Positions 29,419 to 41,748 of a DNA stretch of 64,000 nucleotides are shown here, piece by piece. How positions within the stretch are numbered: position 1 is the first letter of the stretch; each line of letters begins with the position of its first letter. This DNA comes from Octopus vulgaris (taxonomy: Eukaryota). A program made the position numbers and the translations under genes. Where the stretch lies: NCBI GenBank assembly GCA_951406725.2, contig OX597814.1, positions 57,784,001-57,848,000 of the forward strand. The letters run 5' to 3'. The notes under the pieces are model-generated. The model did not search any database. It saw only the letters and a program-made list of their open reading frames with translations, and was not told where the DNA came from.

Positions 29419-30079
29419 TAGCCAATGTAATCGACTTACTTCTGTAAGTAATGAAATCGACTTACACCTAGCCGTCTGCCAAAATTTGAAACCTATATAT
29501 ATATATATATATTGATGTACATTAATCATTATAATAGGTCTACCAGATTACTGTCTGGAATTTTTCTGATAGTAATTAAAACATTCTCAGAGATAAACTA
29601 AACTATAATAAAGTCTATAGAATCTTGAGTGTACTTGTCATTCGAATAACAAATGAGAAGCAATCTTCACTTGAGATTTCGCTATTACATTTATCAACCA
29701 GTTCTCGTTCTCTCACTAAAATCATCATCATCATCATCATCATCAACGTTATAATTATCATCGTCCTCGTCGTCTTCGCTGTCATTTTATACCAGAGTTT
29801 ATTTTTCCCCAGTATTTTACTCTTTCTTTCTCTCGCCCTTCCTCCCCCCTCTCTATCTTTCTTCAACGCTTTCTTTACGTCTCTTCAACAAGCAAGGATG
29901 TGGTAAACCTGGTCTAAAAGTCAGGCCACAGGCCGTGCAAGCGCGCACAAACACGCATACTCATAAGTCTATCTATCTGTCTATCTATCTATTTATCTAT
30001 CTATCTACCTACCTATATATATATCTGTTTATATATATATATATATATATATACAAACACATACACATATATATATTCA

Positions 30080-30237
30080 ATGGGATGCCATACAGTTTCT
30101 GTCTACCAAATTCACTCACAAGGCATTGGTTAGCCCGAGGATATAGTAGAAGACACTTGCCCAAAGTACTGCCCAGATGAAAGAACGCGAAACATTCTGT
30201 TTGCAAAGCGAGCTTCTTAAACACACAACCAAGCCTG
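30080..30237 (-). mobile_element. Family A SINE head
   Basis: cagtttctgtctaccaaattcactcacaagg...tagtagaagacacttgcccaa. Confidence 0.7.
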
Positions 30238-32339
30238 CATAAATGTATGTATGTATGTATGTATGTATGTATGTATGTATGTATGTATGTATGTCAGGTC
30301 ACTTTCGAGTGCTACTGGCAACATGTAACCCAGTACCACCTGTTGCATGGTCGGGTCGTCGGCGACTAAACCGACAACCCCACCAAGCTTGCTTGGTGAG
30401 GAGGGTATTTATTGGACACTCTGCGGGATGAAAAACAAAACCCGTCAAAGAGCAGAGGAACTCTTGAGAGACAAAGGCCATCCAATAAATGTCTTAAAGC
30501 TGTATAATGCGCTGGGACATAAAAATAATAGGACTGAATAGCCGATCGTGCTGTTCAACCATTGGTAGTGAAGGACTCCTAGCCTTTGTTAGGGCATCCT
30601 TCTAGGTGAAGGTAACTCAGGTAACTGGGATAACTCCGACATAAAACCTGCGGCTCAGTGGTTACCGATGATGTTGACTTGTTCTTTTTTTCGGATTATG
30701 GCTGCTGTTGCTTAGTGAGTTGGGATTGACTCAGTGAACAGCCTTTCCTCACTTTTAAAAAAATCTTCTTGCACAGGCATTGCACGATAACAACATTGAT
30801 TAAGCTTCGTGCAATGGCCATACTCGATAACGAGGGGGCAGCCACCATGTATGTATGTATGTATGTATTGATGGATGGATGTGTGTGTGTCTGTGTGTGT
30901 ATTATTTATGTATATGTGTGTGTATATAGTGACCCGCAAAACTTTACAACAGTCAAAAATCCAAGTTTACATATATTCTTTTCTACTCTAGGCACAAGCC
31001 CCGAATTGTTTTCTTGGGGGGGGGGGCAATCGATTAGATTGACCCAGTACGCAACTGATAATTAATTATTGACCATAAAGTCAACCCAGCAATCAGAATT
31101 ACATAATAAAGAACGGAAACAGTTTTGTATGGAAAATGTTGAAATTCAAAACACAAAAGTTTACAACTTATTTAACTGAATGGAATAATTTTTCCAGATA
31201 TTTCGAATAAAAATGATTTTTTTTCCAGAATATCTACAGTGTTCTAGAAGACTCGGAAAGTTTCATTTGGGAGCATTTATAGCAATTGCATCAATTCTGA
31301 CAATATAATCATGGGTAAAAATAAACAAATTATTCAAATTATATATGTATGTGTATGTATTTCGTGTGTATATGTGTGCACGCGTGCATGTGCAGATATA
31401 AAAATCCTTCCGCATTTTTCGTCTAGCGAATCCCCTTCACAATATCCAAGTCAACCTTAAGCAACAATTGAAGAGCCATGCCCTAGATGCCAAACAAGAT
31501 CATGTTGCCATCAGGGCTAAGATCACAACAATGTCTCTCTTTGTTTTTCATGCTAGATCATATACGCATTTCTTTTATTTCCTTAGTTGTCAAGATAAAT
31601 GATTTAGAAAGGTCCAAATAATCTCAGATGGTTGTTTGATTTTCTATCACTATGCAATCACTTTGGCCGTATTTATACAACAATCTCTAGAGGTATTCTA
31701 AGAATTTATATGATGAGTTCTTGGTTTTGTTAAAGGCATTTGTAAACATTGTTCAGATATATGAGTTATATGAATATATTACCCCACATCTGTTTCTAAT
31801 ATACATGCATACATACACACACAGACATGTATACATATATACACACATACATGCATACATACATACATACACACATACACACATATATATGTACACACAC
31901 ACATTTTATTTGTTGTTGTGTTTTAGGCGTTTGTCTGTAGCCATGTCTTTGATGACTTCTCGTCAAACAAATCGATCCGAGTATTTATTTTTTTAAAATT
32001 CTGATACTTACTTGATCGCACTCTTTCGCGAAACAGCTGAGTTATTGGAAGGTAAACAAACCAACACTGGTGGTTTTATGTATCTTATACACTCACACAC
32101 GCACACACAGCGGGATTCAGCACAGTTTCCGCTCACCAATTTCACTCGCAAGACATTGATCGGCTCAAAGCTATATAAGGAGAAACTACGGGGTTGAACA
32201 TGAACTATGTGGTTGCAAAGCGTACTTCTTAACCACACAGCCGTTTATCCCCACTACAAATACCACCACACCAAAATATGGCTATTATATTTTAAAAACT
32301 AGGTGCGTTTTGTGTAATTTGTTTTTCCATTATATTTAG

Positions 32340-32457
32340 AAATCGAAAAGGGAGGGTGAGAGAAAAGAAAGAACTGGTGAGCTGGGTAACGAGATGTCGG
32401 TAGCGACAAATGTAGATAAGTGGGAAGTAGCAACGGAACATATACTACTGATAAAGA

Positions 32458-32494
<37 letters not shown>

Positions 32495-33400
32495 GGAGAA
32501 TGTCGACAGGGGGAGAGAGACAGCAAGACAAGGGGAAGGAGGGAGAGAGAAAGAGGACGGCATGAGGAAAAGTGAGATAGAGATGGGAAGAGAGGAGGGA
32601 GATAAAGACTTGGAGGCAGGGGAGAGAGATGAAGGATTGAGGGAGAGGGAGAGGAGGCAAGGAGAGAGAGAGGGAGGGGAGGATTGAAGGAGAGAGAGAG
32701 GAGGCAAGGAGAGAGGAAGACAGAGAGACAATACAGGAAGTGAGAGAGGAGGCAAGGGGAGAGGGAAACAGAGAGACAGGGAGAGAGAGAGAGCTGGAGG
32801 AGGGAGAGAGAGATAAAAGAAGAGAAGAGGACCGGACGGTAAAAGGAAGAGAGAGATGAGGAGGGAGGGAGGGAGAGAGAGACGGGTGGCAGGGGAGGGA
32901 GGGAGAGAGAAACGGGTGGCAGGGGAGGGAGATGGGGATTGAAGGTGAGAGAGCAGATAGAGAGTGAGAGGGAAGAGAGAAGCGACAGGGGGAGAGGGAG
33001 ACAGGGAGAGAGATATGGAGTAAGGAGGGAGAGAGAGGGGGAGAGTGCGAGAAGATGGTGGGAGGGAAAAGGGATAGAGAAATAAGGAGGGAAAGAGAGA
33101 GAGAGAAGGGAACGGAGAGAGAGAGGAATTGAAGGAGAGAAGGAAAGGCAGACAGAGGGAGGGTTTGAAAGAGAGAGAGAAAGAAAGGCAGGGAGAGAGA
33201 ATGAGAAAAAGAGAGGAGGCACAGGGAGAAGAAGACAGGGAGACAGTGAGAGTGAGAGAGATGGGGGATTGAAGAAGAAAGAGGAGAGATAGATAGATAT
33301 AGATAGTTTGATAGATAGATAAATAGATATATATATAGAGAAAGAGCGAACGAGAGAGAGAGAGAGAGTGAGAGAAAGAGAGAAAGAACGAGAGAGAAAG
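32340..33400. repeat. ~1-kb GA-rich polypurine low-complexity tract
   Basis: Plus strand almost exclusively A/G, with internal repeats such as gggtggcaggggagggag x2. Confidence 0.9.
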
Positions 33401-33599
33401 TGACACATTCTGCAGCCGTCGTAATGTATCTTGTGATGTTGTAGAAAGAGCAGACGACATAATATATCTATCATGTGACGTAATTGAAAGAGCAGACAAG
33501 ATGTCACGCGACCAACAACAGAACTGATAGGATGAAATACTTTATTTTGTTTATTATTGTACGTCATAGGTGTATTGTCATTTTGATGTTAATCAGGTT

Positions 33600-33925
33600 C
33601 TAAGCATTTTTAAGAAAAAAATGTTGGGAAAGAAAAATATATATAAAGAGCGTATCGAAATGTTATAAAATCAGAATCCTTTGCCCTTGTCATAAGGGAA
33701 AGAGAGGAACAGGATGAACCAATCTAAATCAAGATCCTTATTGTTGTCTTTAAGATAAACCAATTTACTAAGCCCTGTGCAACTGCGTTAATTCCCATAT
33801 AGTTAGAGTTGCCTTCTCCAACACAAAGAATGTTTCACAAATTATATCTTCTCATAATACCAGTCTGCTAAATAAAAGTTCATTTACTGAGAGTTCCAAC
33901 ATAAATTTTGTTAATACCAGCCCTT
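33600..33925 (-). mobile_element. Penelope-like GIY-YIG endonuclease remnant
   Basis: Reverse complement aligns to 35600-35750 (aacgcagttgcacagggctt...gattggttcatcctg...cccttatgacaag). Confidence 0.75.
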
Positions 33926-33927
33926 CC

Positions 33928-33996
<69 letters not shown>

Positions 33997-33997
<1 letters not shown>

Positions 33998-34552
33998 TGC
34001 CCTGATGCAGTACCAGGCAGTGGCTCTCATGGCTTCTGATCTTAACTGATTGGAAGTGTTATCATGTACATTGTTTTGTCTTGGTATAAAAGATGGGCTA
34101 CAGCAAATATTCTGCTCAATACCACAGATTTGCTTGTCAGTTGTTTGACCTTAACCAGTTGAGCATGTCCCTTAGTGGCTGACGAAATGTGCATCTCTGA
34201 TCACGAGCAGAAGTAGTGGGGGAGCATCATAGCCATGTGTTGAGAAGGATTCTTTGGGGTTTAAATAATTCACCTCTGGAAACATGGGTGTTTCGTTCAA
34301 CATCCTTAAACAACCCTTATTCAGGGACCTTTTGAGTGGGATGAGTTACTCGATCTGAAGAAAATTCTAACTGGGCTCCACCTGCAAGGTCATGTGCTGT
34401 TTATCTTGATATGAGATCACCATGTCGCACACATATGGTTGTGATGCATGTGCCTGGTGTACCCTTATCAGACGGGTAGTCATGATGGGTATACTGGGCT
34501 TCGTATATTTTACCCCAGTGTCACTTTGATGGCATGCTCTGCTCGCTCACTC
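33997..34552 (+). mobile_element. ~556-bp (AAT)n-embedded interspersed element, copy 1
   Basis: Near-identical to four other copies; (AAT)n on both sides; strand inferred from truncation polarity. Confidence 0.85.
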
Positions 34553-34590
34553 AATAATAATAATAATAATAAAACTACTGAATAATAATG

Positions 34591-34648
<58 letters not shown>

Positions 34649-34649
<1 letters not shown>

Positions 34650-35292
34650 TCTCATGGCTTCTGATCTTAACTCTCATGGCTTCTGATCTTAACCTCTCAT
34701 GGCTTCTGATCTTAACCTCTCATGGCTTCTGATCTTAACCTCTCATGGCTTCTGATCTTAACCTCTCATGGCTTCTGATCTTAACTGATTGGAAGTGTTA
34801 TCATGTACATTGTTTTGTCTTGGTATAAAAGATGGGCTACAGCAAATATTCTGCTCAATACCACAGATTTGCTTGTCAGTTGTTTGACCTTAACCAGTTG
34901 AGCATGTCCCTTAGTGGCTGACGATATGTGCATCTCTGATCACGAGCAGAAGTAGTGGGGGAGCATCATAGCCATGTGTTGAGAAGGATTCTTTGGGGTT
35001 TGAATAATTCACCTCTGGAAACATGGGTGGTTCTTTCAACATCCTTAGGCAGCCCTTGTTCAGGGACCTTTTGAGCGGGATGGGTTACTCGATCTGAAGA
35101 AAATTCTGACTGGGCTCCACCTGCAATGTCATGTGCTGTTTATCTTGATATGAGATCACCATGTCGCGCACATATGGTTGTGATGCATGTGCCTGGTGTA
35201 CCTTTATCAGACGGGTAGTCATGATGGGTATATTGGGCTTCGTATATTTTACCCCAGTGTCACTTTGATGGCATGAACTCTGCTCGCTCATC
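34649..35292 (+). mobile_element. ~556-bp element, copy 2, with six tandem 22-23-mers at its left end
   Basis: ctctcatggcttctgatcttaa(c) x6 at 34649-34785, followed by the element body. Confidence 0.85.
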
Positions 35293-35333
35293 AATAATAA
35301 TAATAATAATAATAAAACTACTGAATAATAATA

Positions 35334-35424
<91 letters not shown>

Positions 35425-35479
35425 TATAGTTTTGGTCTCCGAGGACAACCCCAACAGAATTAAATTTATCTCTAATAAT

Positions 35480-35840
35480 TCTAAGATTAATAATTCTATA
35501 TACTAATGTAAAATTACTTCCGGTACCGATGTCTATTTATGTATTGGCACTTCCTCTTCCCAGTTACCTAAGAGAATTTTCAATCATTATTCTTCATTTA
35601 GGGATAGCAGTAAACGCAGTTGCACAGGGCTTGGTAAATTAGTTTGGTACTTTAAAGACAACAAGGATTTTAATTTAGATTGGTTCATCCTGTCCATCAC
35701 TTTCCCTTATGACAAGAGCAAATGATTCTGTAACATTTGCAACTATGAACTCTTCTATATTCTCTTCTCTAAGAATCACCTTGTTAACACACTTATAGAA
35801 CGATCTTACAAATGTAAGCACTAGCAGAAACACACCTTTA
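35480..35840 (+). pseudogene. Penelope-like GIY-YIG endonuclease pseudogene fragment
   Basis: NSIY*CKI...YLCIGTSS...KRIFNHYSSF...TGLGKLVWYFKD...DWFIL...PYDK...CNICNYE...LVNTLIERSYKCKH. Confidence 0.85.
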
Positions 35841-35841
35841 A

Positions 35842-35895
<54 letters not shown>

Positions 35896-36111
35896 AGTCT
35901 GTATAGTTTGAACATTTAGTTCACCTTGCTCTTTACTTCAATAGAGAAATCTACTTCCAAGCCTTTGAACATTTTTTCGACCAACATATCATTCTATATT
36001 TCTCCTTTATTTGTTCTGTACTTATTATTTCTTTACCCTTTCTCTTCCTATGGTCTACCTTTGACGTCAGATCTACTAACGGTTATTTTAAAAATACTTA
36101 ATAGCGTCCTG

Positions 36112-36204
36112 TTTACTTTCGATATATGTTTCGAAGGGAACATTGGTTTTATTCCGGAGGAATAAACGGTGTAAAATAATGTAATCTTCTCTTCAGGAAA
36201 TAAA
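36112..36204 (-). ncRNA. Type I hammerhead ribozyme-like motif (PLE-associated)
   Basis: Minus strand reads UUUC-CUGAAGA-GAAG...CUUC-GAAAC-AUAU-AUC-GAAA; stems I and II pair; stem III is imperfect. Confidence 0.6.
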
Positions 36205-36584
36205 GAGAACCTATCTTAACAACAAGACGTTATAACAATTTTGATGACTGCATAAATTATAAACAGTACGCTATTAAGTATTTAAAAAAAAATCATTAGT
36301 AGATCTGACGTCAAAGGCAGATCCTAGGAAGAGAAGGGGTAAAGAAATAATAAGTAGAAAACAAATAAAGAGGGATATATTGGTTGAAAATATCGTCAAA
36401 GTCTTGGAAGTAGATTTCTCTATTGAAGTAAAGTTCAAGGTGAGATAAATGTTCAAACTATACAAACTGGTACAAAACACTTATATGAGCTAAAGGTATG
36501 TTTCTGCCAGTGCTTATATTTGTAAGATCGCTCTATAAGTGTGTTAACAAGGTGATTCTTATAATGACTTGTTGTTGAGATAGG

Positions 36585-36687
36585 TTCTTATTCTTTTCTA
36601 ATGAGCAGACTACATTATCTTACACGGTTTATTCCTTTGGAATAAAACCAACGTTGTCTTCGAAACATATATCGAAAATAAAAGAAT
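36585..36687 (+). ncRNA. Second hammerhead-like copy, core mutated
   Basis: uuuu-CUAAUGA-GCAGAC...GUCUUC-GAAAC-AUAU-AUC-GAAAAUAAAAGAAU, with internal hairpin ggtttattcc-ttt-ggaataaaacc. Confidence 0.5.
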
Positions 36688-36949
36688 TTGAATAACACCT
36701 GCGTCCATTTATTTACTTATATATATATGTATATATATATATTCATAAACACACACATATATATATAGACACATACACACACGCACGCACCCACACACAC
36801 ACATACACACACATAGAATACTGAAGAAGTAAATTGTATAGTTATCCACTTTATACAGCACAACTAATTAGCGCTCTAACAGACCTTCAGCAATATAAAA
36901 CTAAGAAAGAAAGAAACAAATTTGAAAAGTCGGTATTCATATTCATTTA

Positions 36950-37600
36950 ACCCTTTTCAAATTATCGAAATTCTCCACAATATATATAGAATGATATTTA
37001 TGGCCTAGTTGGAAGTTCCTATCGATAATTCTCAAAAATAATTTAGGGAGGTTTCTGACCTGGAGAGAAAAGGGAGGTGTGAATCATAATTTCCCGTCTC
37101 CTCCCCGAGTTGTTCCTATTCTGCCCAGTGTAGTTACTGTTCTTTCAATTAAATAAATTAGAGTATCTTCTAAAATGTTGTTGGTTCGTATATTCGGGGA
37201 GTGGGGGTAGGTGGGAGTGTTTATTGGAGGTGTGTCGATGTATAAATTCGCAATATTTAGAAAACGTTTACCTAATTTATTTTTAAATATTGTGTTCTTA
37301 GTATAATATATTTTTCTTTTCAATCCACTGTCTTTTAATGCTGTATTATAAAGGGGTGCAAAATCATCGAAGATCTTTTCGTTTGCAGATAAGTTAGATA
37401 TTCTCAGCGACACACCTTTGATTATCCTCTTAATGATACTTTGGGGATGATTTGATAAGGCGTGGATATACTTAATAGTTTTATTAGGCATATGGAAAGA
37501 AGAGAATAAGCCGTTATCTAGATGTTAATGTTACATTCAGTATGTTAACACATTTAGTGACATTTTCGAATATAATATCTAAGTTGTATAACTTTGATAT
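36950..37600 (-). pseudogene. Penelope-like reverse transcriptase C-terminus and linker remnant
   Basis: VNILNVTL..., PNKTIKYIHALSNHPQSIIKRI...RISNLSANEKIF...YNTALKDSG, KL*FTPPFS...LFLRIIDRNF. Confidence 0.85.
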
Positions 37601-37624
37601 ATATTTATATATATTCTCTCTTTC

Positions 37625-37922
37625 TTTTCTCTTTTACTTGTTTCAGTCATGTGACTCTGGCCATGCTGGAGCACCGCCTTTAGTCGAGCAAATCGACCCC
37701 ATGTCTTATCCTTTGTAAGCTTAGTACTTATTCTATCGGTCTCTTTTACCGAACCGCTAAGTTACGGGGACGTAAGCACACCAGCATGGGTTGTCAAGCG
37801 ATGTAGGGGGAACAAACACAAACATACAAACATACTTACACACATACATATATATACATATATACGACGGGCTTCTTTCAGTTTCCGTCTACCAAATCCA
37901 CTCACAAGGCTTTGGTCGGCCC
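37625..37922 (-). mobile_element. Family A SINE, head truncated
   Basis: Matches 39045-39454. Confidence 0.8.
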
Positions 37923-38699
37923 TAGGAGTTACAGTTTTGGAGTTTTGGTCGGCCCTAGGAGTTCCATTTTGGAGTTCCAGTATTTCCTTCTCATCGATAT
38001 AATGGATATAATTATAGTAATATATCAAATAAAATGGAGTGTTTTAACAGAGCATAATCAATTTATTTACATTTTATCAATAATATAAGTTTACGATCGT
38101 TTCCATATTAATCTTCATTCAACTTACAATTAAAATTGCATTATGAAATAACGAAAGTAGATATTTCTTCAGGGAGAAAATTGACACATTTGTTTTTACA
38201 TCCTCACAGATTGAGCATTCATCAACTGACTAAAATAGCAGCATGCGTTTATTTATGTGTGAGTGTGTGTGCGTGTGTGAGTGCGTGTGTTAGCATGTTT
38301 GAAACAAAGAAACCGTTATAGGTGTATTTTTATTTTTCGCTTATCTATTTATCAATAAGTAAATCTATTTATTTCGCTTTAATTTATACTATTAATAGTG
38401 AGAACTTGAATTGATATTTTTATTAATTTATTAATTATTTTGTAGGTGTGTTAGTGTCTAGGGTTAATTTCTATATTTAATTAAATTAATTTAATTTAGT
38501 CGGGGTATTGTTTTCTATGTATCACGTGACTGGGTTAAACTTTACTTTTGTTTTCTGTTATATGGTGACTGTGTCTTACCTCACAAGGACTTGAGTGATA
38601 TTGTTATTATTTGACTTACATCTTAGACTTATATTCTAGAAATTGAATTTTGATATATTCTCTTTTAGATCTACAGTTATTTAATTTTCTTTTCTAATT

Positions 38700-39010
38700 G
38701 TATTTCTTAAGTATGAATTAAATCGCGTGTGGGCAGGATCATCTTCTTTCTGTTATACTGTTTATAAGTTTGTGCTTAGACGTTATTACCTGGAAAATTT
38801 CCTCAACATAGTCATAACTCTTGTCCCATGATATAAAATTTTGCTCAGCTAATTACTTCCCAATTTAGCTTATATTCATTGTTTATATCTTTTCCCTCCC
38901 CTAGTAATCTGCTTAAGCTGGTGCTATCTATTTTATTCTTGTCTTTAAAAGTGTTTTCATGGTTAGCTAGTCTTCTCTTTATGTAATTTCAGTGGCGCCT
39001 ATATAGTGGT
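38700..39010 (-). pseudogene. Penelope-like GIY-YIG endonuclease remnant (distinct family)
   Basis: HYIGATE/IKRRLANHENTFKDKNKIDSTSLSRLL...YKLNWEVI...KLINSITERR*SCPH. Confidence 0.8.
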
Positions 39011-39044
39011 AATTTTGTCCCTCAGGTTCTACTCCACACTTATA

Positions 39045-39454
39045 CTCTTTACTCTATACTCTTTTACTTGTTTCAGTCATTTGACTGCGGCCATGCTGGA
39101 GCACCACCTTTAATCGAGCAACTCGACCCCGAGACTTATTCTTTGTAAGCCCAGTACTTATTCTATCTTCTTTTGCCGAGCCGCTAAGTGACGGGGACAT
39201 AAATACACCAGCATCGGTTGTCAAGCGATGTTGGATGGGACAAACACAGACACAAACATACACGCACACACACATATATGTATACATATATACGACGGGC
39301 ATCTTTCAGTTTCCGTCTACCAAATCCACTCACAAGGCTTTGGTCTGCCCGAGGCTATAGTAGAAGACACTTGCCCAAGATGCCAAGCAGTGGGACTGAA
39401 CCCAGAACCATGTGGTTGGTTAGCAAGCTACTTACCACACAGCCACTCCTGCGC
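39045..39454 (-). mobile_element. Family A SINE, near full length
   Basis: tRNA-like head aggcgcaggagtggctgtgtggtaag...ggttcagtccc, an internal (TG)-rich tract and a (AGAGTA)-like tail. Confidence 0.85.
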
Positions 39455-39525
39455 CTTATGTATTTAACTTTTTGACAAAGATGTAAATAAATTGATTATA
39501 CCCTGTTAAAAAACCATTTTATTTA

Positions 39526-39567
<42 letters not shown>

Positions 39568-39569
<2 letters not shown>

Positions 39570-40635
39570 CTATGAATGGTTCAGTCTAAGGACAGTTGGC
39601 AGTGACCTACTTTTGCGATAAACCCATTGTTCTGTCAGATTCAGGTGGATTGATCGGTTCTGGGTAAAATCTGCGACCCCCTTTCGGGTGAATTAGAGGT
39701 CGTTCTAAACACCCCTTGAAGAAGAGGAGGAGGAAGGAAGTGGGAAAGATGGAGTAAGGAATCTGAGAGCAGATAGAGAGGGTATTAGCAGTAAGAGAGG
39801 ATGAGGGGCAGAGGGAAGAAAAGTGGTGAGAGAGATAGAGTATAAGGCGAAGGGACAGATTGAGGATAGAGATAGGCAGTTAGGGCTGAGAGCAGATAGA
39901 GAGGGTATAAGCAGTAGAGAGAGATGGAGATTAAGGTAGTGGGAAGGACGGAGCAAGTGAGGTTTTGGGGGAGTTGGTATTAGGTCGTCAAAGAAGATAG
40001 TCGGATTTTGGTCGTCAAAGGGAGTAGTTGGAACCTTAGGAGCAGGCGGTTGGATTCAGGAGCTTGGCAGGCTGGAGTTAGCAGTATTGAGAGAGATATG
40101 AGGTGCAATATGGGACACTGGCAATTCTAATTAGGAATTAAGGTACGTGAATTGTGTGTTGATATGTGAAGAAAAAGAAGGAAAAAGAATTGGTGTATTG
40201 AACAGTGAAAAGAACAGTAAAGGACTTGTTGATGTGTCGATTATCGAGTTGTGGTATTTATGTTCAGAATTGTGTTGATACATATTACAAAAGAAAGTAG
40301 AAAAAGACTTTAAAGAACTGTGAACGTTATCTGAAGTGATTTGAAATAGAACTGTTGTCTTCGGACTGTTATATTGTTACTTGCATGTTTAAATGCTTTG
40401 ATCTGTGGTATACCCTTATGATGTATTGATTTGTTGTTTCCTTTAAATGTATTTGATGTGTAACTGTTGTTAAATGTAAGCCAGTTGCCTTGCCGTTTTG
40501 TGTCTCTCTCGGTTGCCTCTCGGTATCTCTCTGTGCTGCGGTTGTTGTTGTTGTTGTTGTATCTCTCCTCTCTCCTCTCTCTGGGCTCCGTGGCGAACTT
40601 GCCCCGTTCGGGCGAGCGACGACGGGTGATTCCGT

Positions 40636-40639
<4 letters not shown>
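39568..40639. mobile_element. Probable solo LTR inserted in (TA)n
   Basis: TG...CA termini with imperfect inverted ends (tgctatgaat / attccgtaaca); ATAT on both flanks; no coding motif. Confidence 0.6.
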
Positions 40640-40694
<55 letters not shown>

Positions 40695-41482
40695 TGACGC
40701 AGAGGCTGCAGCTGAAAAGATGGGAGTAAGGAAGAAATACGTTGTTCAAATACTTTTCTTTCAGAAATGTTAAGAACAGAATCATGAGATATTCATATAA
40801 GATTTGACCTTTCCTATGAACTCTAAACGTGACATTACTGGCACTGTCAACATGGGCTAAACACAATCCTTGAGATAATAACATTTGAACGCTCTTTAGC
40901 GAACACCATTAAATATACGCCATTTTTTCTATCCATCACCATGTCACTACATCTACCTGCATATATCCTCTGTAAAGTTTTAAGGGAAGCTCAAAGCATT
41001 AAATGCTCTTCCATGGTACTCAGTTTACTAGAAGCAATAGCAATATAAGAGAACGAAACTTATTTATTAGCTGTAAAGATGTTACTTGATTCACCTAGCC
41101 ATTGAAGCATTTCACGGAAGGGAGAGAACAGAAAAGAAGACGATACAGGAAGTAGAATAAGAAGGCAAAGAAGAAAAAGATGAAGAGGTAGAATAGATTG
41201 TTCTTTACTTTTTTTATCACACAATGATTTTATGGTTGTTATCTAATGGAAATCTATCAATAAGGTTGTGTAATACAATATAAATATGCGTGATATAGTC
41301 AATGCATTCCTATCGGGCTAATATATCTGTAGCGTCTACTGTGTCACTACCAAAACAGACTAAAAGAATTAAACAATGTATTGTAATACACAGAAATAAC
41401 CACTGGCCTTTTGAACACTATATATCAGTGCGCGTGTACACACATCCAGTCCCCCACATACATGCACACATATATATGCATG

Positions 41483-41565
<83 letters not shown>

Positions 41566-41701
41566 GTATATATGTATATATATATGTATATATATATCTG
41601 TATATATATATATATACATGTTTGTGTATATACTTATATATGTTTGTGTGTACGTGTGTGTGTACATATGTATGTGTGTGTATATATATATATATACATA
41701 T

Positions 41702-41748
<47 letters not shown>

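Noticed and set aside
32299-33567. 422-aa and 387-aa Leu/Ser/Pro-rich ORFs
   Set aside because: They translate the polypyrimidine strand, which lacks stops for compositional reasons; no domain present
34649-34785. CRISPR-like array of 23-bp repeats
   Set aside because: No spacers, no cas genes, eukaryotic context
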